Shown here piece by piece: positions 53,266 through 64,000 of a stretch of DNA of 64,000 nucleotides. The stretch is from Eledone cirrhosa. Lineage: Eukaryota. The position numbers and the translations under genes were made by a program. Where the stretch lies: NCBI GenBank assembly GCA_964016885.1, contig OZ024750.1:13330001-13394000 (forward strand), given 5' to 3'. Every line of letters starts with the position of its first letter. The first letter of the stretch is position 1. The notes under the pieces are model-generated. The model saw nothing but the letters and a program-made list of their open reading frames with translations. It was not told the DNA's origin and did not search any database.

Positions 53266-53729
53266 TTATATAAATATATATAATTTGTAATAACAGATAT
53301 AAAGTGGACCCATTTTATAAATATATAATTTGTAATAACAGGTATAAAGTGGACCCATTTTATAAATATATAGTTTGTAATTTCAGGTATAAAGTGGACC
53401 CTTTTTATAAATATATAATTTGTAATGACAGGTATAAAGTGGACCCTTTTTATAAATATATAATTTGTAATAACAGATATAAAGTGGACCCTTTTTATAA
53501 ATATATAATTTGTAATGACAGGTATAAAGTGGACCCTTTTTATAAATATATAATTTGTAACGACAGGTATAAAGTGGACCCTTTTTATAAATATATAATT
53601 TGTAACGACAGGTATAAAGTGGACCCTTTTTATAAATATATAATTTGTAATGACAGGTATAAAGTGGACCCTTTTTATAAATATATAATTTGTAATAACA
53701 GGTATAAAGTGGACCCTTTTTATAAATAT
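53266..53729. repeat. Minisatellite, 45-bp unit, about 10 copies
   Basis: TATAAATATATAATTTGTAATGACAGGTATAAAGTGGACCCTTTT repeated. Confidence 0.95.
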
Positions 53730-54156
53730 TAAGTGGGCCCTTTTTTTTTTTTATACAAAACAGGTTTTTTTGGGGGGGGGGGGGGGGGCCATATGGACAT
53801 ACACAGCAACAGTTTATTCTACACAAAGAAATTAAAATTCTAAATTTAATGTGTAAGAAAGCGTGTATGAGTGTGTGAGAGAATGTGTGTGTGTATGTGA
53901 GAGAGAGAGTGTGTGTGAGAGAGAGTTTGAGTGTGTGTACGTGCATATGTTTGTGTGTGTGTGTACCTATGTGCGTAGGTGTGACTGTGTGTCTGTATTT
54001 GTGTGTGTATGTCAATGTATGTGTGTGTGTCTATGTGAATGTGAGTCTGTCTGTGTGTATGCGTGTGTGCGTGTGAGTGTCTGTGTATATGTGTGTAGGT
54101 GTTTGTATGTATGCATATACACACACACACACACAACGAAAAAAAAATTTTAAGGT

Positions 54157-54266
54157 AAGAGGAAAGTTGATTAAATCGACTCTCCCCCAGTACGTTACTG
54201 GTACTTTATTTTATCGACCCTGAAAGGATGAAAGTTAAAGCTAACCTCAGCGGGATTTGAACTCAG
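54157..54266 (-). mobile_element. SINE partial (main family)
   Basis: Reverse-complement B box and core. Confidence 0.8.
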
Positions 54267-54307
54267 GTGCTCCTAAATAACAATAATAATAAAAAAAAGT
54301 TTCTTAC

Positions 54308-54310
54308 CAT
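54308..54310 (-). CDS. TUBA: Alpha-tubulin probable ATG-only first coding exon
   Basis: CATCATCATG|GTAAGA. Animal alpha-tubulins typically have an intron right after the ATG; this is the best ATG|GT donor seen upstream of 45655. Confidence 0.6.
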
Positions 54311-54605
54311 GATGATGTAAAAGACGATTTCTCTGTTGAAAATATTTTGAGTGAATAGATAAATAAATATATAATTTTATATATGTGAGAATATATATGT
54401 GTATATGTGTGTGTATATATATATATGTGTGTGGGTGTGTGTGTGTGTGTGTATATATATTTATATAAATGATTTGTATTCTAAGCAAAGCTCACAAGTG
54501 TCCTAACCTCACGCAGAAAACAATGTATCTTTATGTGAGAGAGATGCAGACTAAGAGAAATGTACACTGCAATAGTTTTATAGAGGGCTCAGCCGTCGCA
54601 CCATC

Positions 54606-54733
54606 GCTGCTGCTGCTGCTGCTGCTGCTGCTAATGCTGATGTTGCTGCTGCTGCTGCTACTACTAATGATGATATTGCTGCTGCTGCTACTGATGATGA
54701 AGTTGCTGCTGCTGCTACTGCTGCTGCTGCTGA
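54606..54733. repeat. Imperfect (CTG/CTA/ATG)n trinucleotide repeat
   Basis: Directly visible; source of the poly-L/S/A ORFs. Confidence 0.9.
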
Positions 54734-55390
54734 TTGCACTGCGGGTTGTGACGGATGACACCCATTGGTCAAAATGGCCGTACAGTTTTTTCACCAGTCG
54801 AAATTATCCAAATTGATTTATCTACGTTAGCCAAGTATTGCGTGCTCCGACCTCATATTGTATGTCGTCTGCTGTTATAATTATTTTAGGACATTTTCAT
54901 GAGAAGCAACATAACTTGTGTCTCCTGTGTACTCATGCACACTCACAAACATAAATGCATACCTGTACATGCATAGATGCATATATATATATATGTGTGT
55001 GTGTGTATACACACACACGCGCGCGCACACACACACACTCACACACACACACACAATCCGCATTTATTATTACTATATAAATATACATATAAATATATAA
55101 ATATATATATATATACGAAGGCGCATGCCTTAGTGATTAGAACATTGGGCATTGAATCGGAAGATTGCGAGTTCGATTCTCGGACCGGGTGATGTGTTGC
55201 TCCAGTTTGTTCAGCTGTAGAAATGAGTTGCGACGTCACTGGTGTCAAGCTGTATTGGCCATTGCCTTTCCCCTGGACAACATCAGTGGTGTGGAGAGGG
55301 GAAGCTGGGTATCTGCTGGTCTTCCACAAACAACCTTGCCCGGACTTTGCGGGGAACTTTCTTGGTGCAAATCCTATGGCCATTATGTGA

Positions 55391-55571
55391 ATTGGCAGTA
55401 TCGGTAGAGGGTCGGACGCCATGTTTTCCAGCATAGTTACGTCCCTTTACGATCTGAGTTCAAATCCCGCCGAGGTTAACTTTGCCTTTCATCCTTAGGG
55501 GGTCGATAAAATAAAGAACCAGTAATGTACTGGTTAATTGCTGGCCTTGTGCCTAAAATAGAAACAATTAT
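55391..55571 (+). mobile_element. SINE copy (main family)
   Basis: Full A box, B box, core, tail. Confidence 0.9.
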
Positions 55572-55778
55572 ATATAATAAAATAAAAAGGACGTGGTCTT
55601 AGATCTTGTGATCAAGGCTAGATATGTATCGATCTGACCCGACTCTGGAATCAAAAGCTCGTCGGACTTGACAATGATTTTTATGTGTGTGTGTGTGTAA
55701 AAAGTAAACAGAAATAAGAAACGACACAGTACAATGAAGAAATATATATGTTTAACGCTTGAAATAATAGGAAAAGAG

Positions 55779-55814
55779 TATTAACGTTTCGAACATTAGT
55801 CCTTCATCAGAATA
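55779..55814 (-). ncRNA. Minimal hammerhead-like motif
   Basis: UAUU-CUGAUGA-A-GGAC uaau GUUC-GAAACGUU|AAUA. Confidence 0.55.
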
Positions 55815-56157
55815 TAGAATGAGAAATAAAAGATGAAATAGAATGGGAAGGAACGGGATGAAATGAATAGGAATAGGAAGAAACGGGATAACATTTGAGA
55901 AAAACACACACACGTGCTTATTCAGTCAATGCTATTGAAAGAAAGAAAGGGGAGCTCAGCGTATCGAACTTTAACCCTTCGTCAGTAGAGTACAAATAGA
56001 AAGATAGAAAAATGTTTAGAAAAAGATTTTTAAAAAAGATTAACTATATATATATATATATATATAACTTTTGTCTCCTGTGTACTCATGCACACTCACA
56101 AACATAAATGCATACCTGTACATGCATAGATGCATATATATATGTGTGTGTGTATAC

Positions 56158-56195
<38 letters not shown>

Positions 56196-56294
56196 AATCC
56201 GCATTTATTGAAGGAACAGAATAGCGGTCGCTCTCGGGTCCTCGATTTTCAGCCCCATGGATTTTATCTATTACATTCACGTATTATATTTCGA

Positions 56295-56352
56295 ATACCT
56301 GATGATATCACCGGATTCATACGGAATCCGGTCATTGAAATGATCATAGTAT
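56295..56352 (+). ncRNA. Hammerhead ribozyme (type I, palindromic stem III)
   Basis: AUAC-CUGAUGA-..ACCGGAUUC auacg GAAUCCGGU..-GAA AUGAUCAU A|GUAU; the element ends in (TA)n at 56400. Confidence 0.7.
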
Positions 56353-56398
56353 AATAAACCTTTCAAGGATTTACACAAATCCAGCCTCCTGTCATTTC

Positions 56399-56469
<71 letters not shown>

Positions 56470-56564
56470 AAAATTAAGATAAATCAAATGAATTTAATCT
56501 AAATCAAAATTATGGGTGTCATGCCAGAAAGACATGTTTATTTATATGTTAATCAATCTCTAGT

Positions 56565-56595
<31 letters not shown>

Positions 56596-56785
56596 AGTTA
56601 TTCCGGGCTGAAACGGAGGTAACCATAGTAAGTAAGGTACTCAATACATAGCAGAGTATAAAAGTTTTAATATAGAAGAGCTTCTACAGGACTAGAACTG
56701 TTTCATTCGTGAGAAATCATCAGGAAGCTTCCTGATAATTTCTCACGAATGAAACAGTTCTAGTCCTATAGAAGCTCTTCTATAT
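56596..56785 (-). mobile_element. Fold-back Penelope-like remnant, family D (58-bp arms plus tail); second truncated copy at 57041-57155
   Basis: Spacer-less palindrome 56670-56785 centred on AAGCTT, inside (TA)n. Confidence 0.7.
56679..56729 (-). ncRNA. Hammerhead ribozyme with all three stems
   Basis: AGCUUC-CUGAUGA-U UUC ucac GAA U-GAA ACAG uucuaguc CUGU A|GAAGCU. Confidence 0.75.
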
Positions 56786-56886
56786 ATATATATATATATA
56801 CGTATATATATATATATATATATATATATTTCTATAATATATATATAATATATATATATATAATATATATATTATATATATATATA

Positions 56887-56949
<63 letters not shown>

Positions 56950-56956
56950 ATAATAT

Positions 56957-57043
<87 letters not shown>

Positions 57044-57530
57044 TTTATCCTGGGTTCAATACACAGTTAGTAAGGTACTCAATACATAGCAGAGTATAAA
57101 TATTTAATATAGAAATGGTTTCTACAGGACTAGAACTGTTTCATGCGGGAGAAAGATAAATATATATAAATATATATATATATATACTTAAGTTTCGACT
57201 AGTTTTTGTCCATGTCTAATTATACACAACTAAACCTTATTATCTGTACTGTATATTTAATTCAATGTCTCCGTTTACTAATTACTTATTGGGAACCATG
57301 GGGTATATAATGTATTTGTTTTGAAAGAGAATAATGATCGAATCAATACTGTCCGTCAAATATCTGTTTTAGACAATGTCATTTCAATAATATATTGCAT
57401 ATGAACGACTAACACGGTGACTCGGCAATGTCATTGTAACATAGTAGAATTGGCGGCTCTATTTGCTAGAAAACTACTCATTATTCTACTAATAATGAAC
57501 AACATTGATTTTTATACGTTGACTCTATAC

Positions 57531-57905
57531 CAAGCATGGGCAATCTTTTTCGAGCAGTCGAGCATAAGATGGGCCGCATAGGATGTGACTCATCATAAGA
57601 TGGGCCGCATAGGATGTGGTTCATCATATAGTGGGCAACATAGGATGTGACTCATCATAAGATGGGCCACATAGGATGTGTCCCATCATAAGACAGGCCA
57701 CATAGGATGTAGCTCATCATAAGACAGGCCACATAGGATGTAGCTCATCATAAGACAGGCCACATAGGATGTAGCTCATCATAAGATGGGCCACATAGGA
57801 TGTGGCTCATCATAAGTTGGGCCACACTACTAAAACATTCAACGGAGTTTCGAAATTAGGCGTGCCATTCAGAAAGCCAAACGGGCCACAGTTTGCCCAT
57901 GACTG
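57531..57905. mobile_element. hAT-type MITE containing a 33-bp minisatellite (about 8 copies, 57565-57826)
   Basis: TIR CAAGCATGGGCAA / TTGCCCATGACTG; imperfect 8-bp TSD CTCTATAC / CTCTAAAA; GGGCC(G/A)CA subterminal motif. Confidence 0.7.
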
Positions 57906-58169
57906 CTCTAAAACATAACTTCCAACGCTTTCAGCCTGCTTGAAACAGCAACCAAGTCTTCCTCAAATGACACCTTAGCCGGTATCTAGGAGATACTGGG
58001 TTCGATTCCTTGTAGCGGGCGATGGCAACTTCTGATAAAATAATCATCTCTTTCCTCTCTCTTTTTTTTCTCTTTCTTTTGCATTGCCGTATATCATTTA
58101 TTTCGTTTCTTTTCTATCGAGGGTTTCAGACAAGAATGTTTCCATTGTAACATATGTATGTATAGTCAT

Positions 58170-58425
58170 GTAACTCATGATGGAGTCGTAGGGACGCCTT
58201 AGTAACATGTGTATCTAGAGACCCGTAACTCATGGTGGAGTCGTAGGGACGCCTTAGTAACATGTGTATCTAGAGACCCGTAACTCATGGTGGAGTCGTA
58301 GGGACGCCTTAGTAACATGTGTATCTAGAGACCCGTAACTCATGGTGGAGTCGTAGGGACGCCTTAGTAACATGTGTATGTAGAGACCCGTAACTCATGA
58401 TGGAGTCGGAGGGACGCCTTAGTAA
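58170..58425. repeat. Minisatellite, 55-bp unit, about 4.6 copies
   Basis: GTAACTCATGRTGGAGTCGTAGGGACGCCTTAGTAACATGTGTATCTAGAGACCC at 58170, 58225, 58280, 58335, 58390. Confidence 0.92.
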
Positions 58426-58683
58426 TATAATTCGTATCTTGGGCAATTTAGACCTGGCGGAGCCCATCCGATTCCAGTGAAGGAGAGAAGAGAGGAAGTA
58501 AGAAAGAGATATAGAGAAAGAATTAACACCAGTACTGAAGTGGTACATTTTTTTATCAACCTCGAAAGGATGAAAGGCAAAGTTGACTTCAGCGGGATTT
58601 GAACTCAGAAAGTGAAAAGAGCCGGAACAAATATCGCAAATCATTCCAACCGATGTTTTAATGACTTTGCCAACTCACCGCCT
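58426..58683 (-). mobile_element. SINE variant with alternative tail
   Basis: Reverse-complement B box and core; tail like 11250-11420. Confidence 0.7.
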
Positions 58684-59171
58684 TCATTGTAACATATATA
58701 TATATATACAAATATTGAACTTGTTTCTCTTCTTGACTGACTTCTATCAATTAAATTCCGAATAAAAGTAGCAAACCAGACAGGCTCACATCTATCAGAT
58801 CATTAGCTTCAGTTGAACTTCTACATTCTGAAGGTCACCTCGTTTTATCTGAAATATTACAGTGACCAGATCATTAGCTTCTATGCTATTTTGTATACAA
58901 AATATATATATATACACTATAAAAATTATTCAACAATTACTTGGAAATGATTACATCTTTTAAAATAGATGTTTTGTCATGAGGGGTGTGGGGGGGGGGG
59001 GGGGGGGGGGTTAATCCTTTCTCTAATTCTGGAAAACCCACAATATGGAAATGTCAAAGCCTTTACGCCAAAATAATAATGATTTCTGATTGTGGCACAA
59101 GACCAACAATTTTGGGAGAGGGAAAAGTCAATTAAATCGACCCCTGTGTGTTACTGCTACTTTATTTTATC

Positions 59172-59461
59172 GAAAGAATACGATTGAGAATACAAGCGAC
59201 CGAAATGGGGTTCCTCTGAGGGGTCTTTTGAGTAACGTTAATCGGGAGAGTGAGTAGATCAGAGATCAGGGAGTTGCTCCAGGTAGAGTCGCTATTTCTC
59301 CAAATTGAGAGATCACAGCTCTGGTACTACGGACATGTGGTTAGAATGTCTCAGGAAAGAATAGCTGGATAGATTTTTATGAGCAAAACCAACCGATAGA
59401 AGACCCAAGGGTAGACCCCGAACAAGATGGTTGGATAACATCCATGAGCTCTGCTGGTCTC
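59172..59461 (+). mobile_element. RTE LINE remnant
   Basis: RIQATEMGF..SEIRELLQVE..QLWYYGHVVRM..RPKGRPRTRWLDNI (with frameshifts). Confidence 0.75.
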
Positions 59462-59849
59462 GTGTGTGATGTGTGTGTGTGGTGTGTATGTGTGTGTGTG
59501 TGTGTAGAAACGTTAGAAATTCAACCGCATTATCTCCCACTATAATCTCAAAAAGTCTCTCACTATGGTAATACTTTACACACACACACACAGATGATGG
59601 CAGTGATGAGGATGATACGTATAGAGTAGGCATTATATAATAATAGCTAACCCTCACGAACAAGAAAAGTATTTGTTGTCGCTAAGATAGACAATTTATT
59701 TGCAATGACTGGTACTGTTATGCTTAAAACTACAAATATTGACGGATTAAGCACCAGATAGAGAAGCACGCATCAAATGTTTCATTATATTTACTTAATA
59801 CTCAAATACCTTCCCCCCTCTTCCTCGTGTAATTAACAACAGGACTTTT

Positions 59850-60023
59850 AATGGTTTCTGATTTAGGCATAAGGCCAACAACTTTTGACATTACTGGTGC
59901 ATTACTGGTACTTTATTTTATCGACCCCGTAAGAATAAAAAGCAAAGCTAACCTCGGCGGGATTTAAACTCAGAAAGTAAAGGGTCGTAACTCTATGTAG
60001 CTAAACATGTTGTACGGCGCTCT
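59850..60023 (-). mobile_element. SINE copy (main family)
   Basis: Reverse-complement motifs. Confidence 0.8.
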
Positions 60024-61582
60024 AGGAGGGCTTAATACTACTTTAATTCCTTTCTGCAAAGAACTACTAAAACTCTAAAAAGAAAAAGAAAACTCGTAGC
60101 CAAACTAGAGTTAAGGATCTAAAGTAAATATACCAATAGATTCAACAGAAAATTTATAATAAATGTGTCAGCTGTCACAGTCTGATAAATATGATATTCT
60201 ACTTTAAATAGGTCAAAATCAATTTAGATTTTGTGAGTACAAAATGACAGGTGTTACAAGATCACTAAAGTGCCAATATGAAACTAAATTTTTGTCTTGT
60301 TCTTTATTCTGACGTTGACTCAAGTGTATTTGTTTACTAAATATAAAATTACCGTATTTCCCGTCCTTGAGGACACACCCTAATTTTGACAACCAAAGAT
60401 TTTTTAAAAAAATAATAGACAACCTTCGGCCTCCAGGACACATGGTAGATTTTTTAGGCTTATTTTAGAGAAAAAAGTAGCGTCTTCGACGCCGGGTATA
60501 TCCGGAAGATTGTGCTGTGCTACTGTTGCTACAACCGTTTGTCTCACCTGATCATAGGAGTGGAACCAAAACAACATCTTGCTTCAGTCTGTATTTAGTT
60601 GTTAAAACATCGGATAGAATGCTTTACGGTATTCGTTCTGACTCTCTGTTCTCTGAGTTCAAATCTCACCGAGATCAACTTTGCCTTTCATCCTTTCGAG
60701 AACGTTAAAAAAGAGTACCAGTCCAATACTGGTATCGAGTCTTCCTCTATATCTCTTTCTTCTCGCTTTTTTTTTTTTACATCAACAAGAATTCAACCCG
60801 ACTTTCTGACGACTCTACCAATTCACCGTCTTCACAGTGACTTCTAGGTCTAATAAAATAAACTATCGCTGACATCAAATAAGAGAAGATATTACTTACT
60901 TAGCACTATTCTGCCATTTAAATATGGAGGAATCAAAATATAGATTCGTATTTATTGTGTGACGTCAAGAGGTTGATAATCTGCAAACAGCAACACTGTT
61001 TATTACTATTGGCTTGGGATCAAAATTAAACATTCCGGTTCCAAAATCCAGCCTAAGGACACAAGCTTCAATAGAAATTGCTATCAAAATAACTCATTAA
61101 AGATTATTAATGCAACTAAAGATGATACAAAGAAGAAAACAAATCTATTATTTCATTAAGACTTTGAATTTTTTTTTTTTTTTTTTTTCTGCTATATCTG
61201 TAATTCTGTTTGTTTTTAAAAATAACATTAACTACCACTACAGAAATCGATACATCTTTTTTTTTTCTCATAAACGTATTAAACATAGAGTTTACTTCAA
61301 ACCAGATAAATATTTCTATCTTAAATAACCACTTGATCTATGCCATTTATAGGAGTGAGGGAGAATTAGGTTCTGGAACATTTGTACGATTTTATTTCGA
61401 TTTTATTTCCAAGAGTGGGAGGAGCGTGAATTGGTTTCTATGAGATATAAAGTCCAAATCGAATTGACTCCTTGTCTAACCCTTTCGTGACCTGACCGTA
61501 TTTCTAATGAAATACACTCTACTTTAATTAATCAATGAAGAATTTAGAGTGATTTCCTACACGTATTAATTATTTCATTATG

Positions 61583-61774
61583 GGGGCGAATTAGCAGTAT
61601 CGGTAGAGGGTCGGACGCCACGCTTTGTAGCATAGAGTTACGCCCCTTTACAGTCTGGGTTCAAATCCTGCCGAGGTTAACTTTGCCTTTCATCCTTACG
61701 GAGTCAATAAAATAAAGTACCAATAATGCATTGGAATAATTGCTGACCTTTGTGCCAAAAGTAGAAACAATTAA
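61583..61774 (+). mobile_element. SINE copy nested in a degenerate MITE
   Basis: Full SINE flanked by a duplicated AATTATTTCATTAT-like target. Confidence 0.85.
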
Positions 61775-62774
61775 TTATTTCATTATTGATATAATAACAT
61801 AACCTATGATTCTTATATAAAATTATACTGGAAGATATTTTAATTTAAATAGGAACCCTTTTATGGATGTTATTGTTTTTTTTTTCTGTTTCATAGGACG
61901 GGAGGCGGTTTTGGCCACGTTAGTATCATAATGGTTAGAATTTACCTCAACCCTATCGTACCCATAAGGCCAAATTATTTCGAATAAGGCAATATAAGTG
62001 AATTATCAACAAAAATGTCTTTCTTGGTAGTAAATTTTAGGAGCTTCTTAAATCCAGAAACGTTCTCACATTGTTAACCTAACTTGTTAACAAATCGATG
62101 ATAAAATGAAGGGTCGACTTATATTCGCCATCTACACATAATGGGTTGATTAGCTGCCGCTGCTTATAAACGGGGTTTGGATTTTTGCCCATTTCTCAGG
62201 CTTAAAATAAGGGAGTCGACTTATGTTTGTGTATATACGTAATTTTTTATAATCTCACAAGTTTACTGAAAGCGTGCCTTTCTTTTCTGAATTGTAACTG
62301 TTTGTCGAGCTGACCATCCAATATCATCTGATAGGTTTGATTAAAATGATACGCTGACATAAATGTCAATACTTTTCTCCAAATCATCAACATTGCAACA
62401 CGTGTTACAATTGTTCAAAACAGACTGCAGTTGCATCAGTGAAAATGTTATCGTCAATACATATTAGAATTTGCAGCAGATCACTGCAGCTTTTACTGAG
62501 ATAGAATCTGGTGCAGCATCTGGTGCTATGTGTGAAGAACGTGCTATCTAGGTAGCTTCTTTTAGATATTTTAATTTGTTCAGATATATTTCTTATTTTT
62601 GTCAGTCTTCATTAGAAAAAAAAAAACAACCAAAAAATGAAAATTGTCCGTTTAAATCATGAGACAATCTGGATGAGTCATTCACAGATTCAGTGAATCA
62701 TGTGGTGTGAATAGCTACTGACGAGTGATAAATTTATTTCTCTGATTATTCTTATGACTTGTCAACAGGAAGGC

Positions 62775-63770
62775 AGTGGGCTGGTTGAATCGTTAAAGCG
62801 TTGGACTGATGCATGGCAGAATATTTTTCCAGCATACATACCATCTGAGTTCAAATCTCGCCGAGGTCAACTTTGCCTTTCAAAATTTGATAGATAAAAT
62901 GAGGTACCAGTAAAATACTGAGGTGGTGGGTCGATATAATCGATTTTCTCTTTCCCACAAATTGCTGGTTTTGTGCCAAAATTAGAGTTCATTATTATTT
63001 GTCAGTGGATTGGCGGTGGATTGGCAGTATCGGTAGAGGGTCGGACGCCATGCTTTCCAACATAGTTACGTCCCTTTACGATCTGAGTTCAAATCCCGCC
63101 GAGGTTGACTTTGCCTTTCATCCTTACGGGGTCGATAAAAAAAGCACCAGTAATGCACTGGGTAATTGCTGGCCTTGTGCCTAAAGTAGAAACAATTATT
63201 ATTTGTCAACAAAAGGCGGTAGATCGGCAGTATCGGTAGAGCGTCAAACACCATGCTTTGCAGAATAGAGTTATGGCCCTCAACGTTCTGGGTTCAAATC
63301 CCGCCGAGGTTTACTTTGCCTTTCATCCTTACGGGGTCGATAAAATAAAGCACCAGTAATGTACTGGGGTCGATATAATCGACTTTCTCCTTCCCACAAA
63401 TTGCTGGTTTTGTGCCAAAATTAGAATTCATTATTATTTGGTGGATTGGCAGTATCGGTAGAGGGTCGGGCGCCATGCTTTGAAGCATAGAGTTACGGTC
63501 CTTGCCATTCTGAGTTCAAATCCCGCCGAGGTTAACTTTGCCTTTCATCCTTACGGGGTCGATAAAATAAAGTACCAGTAATGCACTGGGTAATTGCTGG
63601 CCTTGTGCCAAAAGTAGAAACAATTATTATTTGTCAACAAGGGCGATGGGTTGAAAGAATCGTTGGAGCATCGGACAGAATACATAGCATATCGACATTT
63701 ATTTATATTCTGAGTTCAAATCTCACCGAGGTCAACTTTGCCATTTATCCTTCTAGGGGTCACTAAAATA
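62775..63770 (+). mobile_element. Head-to-tail array of five SINE copies
   Basis: Five B boxes (near 62847, 63085, 63291, 63512, 63712), each followed by the core. Confidence 0.9.
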
Positions 63771-63796
63771 AAATGTCATTCAAATACAGGGATTAA

Positions 63797-63997
63797 CCCT
63801 TTAGCATTTACATTACCCTATATTTACAATTATATTTTCACGGTAAAAGCTTTACCTTACATACTTATCTCTCATAATATCAAATCTATGAGATTTTGAT
63901 GTTATTTATTTTGAGTACAATACCTTAACATCAGTATGAGCAGCCAGGTACAGCCAGTTTGAACAGTGTGGATATGGCCGGTTTAAATGCTAAAGGG
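63797..63997 (-). mobile_element. piggyBac-type MITE (family of 13188)
   Basis: TTAA-CCCTTTAGCATTTA..TAAATGCTAAAGGG-TTA. Confidence 0.85.
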
Positions 63998-64000
63998 TTA

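Noticed and set aside
53304-54153. Repetitive ORFs (VDPFYKYIICNDRYK; HT-rich)
   Set aside because: 45-bp minisatellite and (GT)n repeats
54469-54816. Poly-Leu/Ser/Ala ORFs
   Set aside because: Trinucleotide repeat with no splice or domain support

Overview
AT-rich, microsatellite- and SINE-dense animal genomic DNA, most likely from an octopod cephalopod (inferred from repeat style only). Three spliced protein-coding genes were reconstructed by hand with consistent splice phases. (1) A CutA homolog on the minus strand: main exon 15805-16250 plus a candidate first exon 27143-27170 that adds a mitochondrial-type presequence. (2) A 9-exon FBXW4/dactylin gene on the plus strand (27718-35865, about 431 aa), head-to-head with CutA. 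(3) An alpha-tubulin on the minus strand (39761-40890, 45436-45655, probable ATG exon 54308-54310) with a remodelled K40 loop. The rest is a tRNA-derived SINE family (more than 25 copies), RTE/CR1 LINE remnants, piggyBac/mariner/hAT MITEs and minisatellites. The most striking non-genic signal is a set of short, sequence-unrelated elements in or beside (TA)n tracts that carry hammerhead-ribozyme cores (CUGANGA...GAAA...UH). Several fold back into long palindromes, as expected for non-coding remnants of Penelope-like retroelements. All coordinates were read by eye, and repeat boundaries are approximate.
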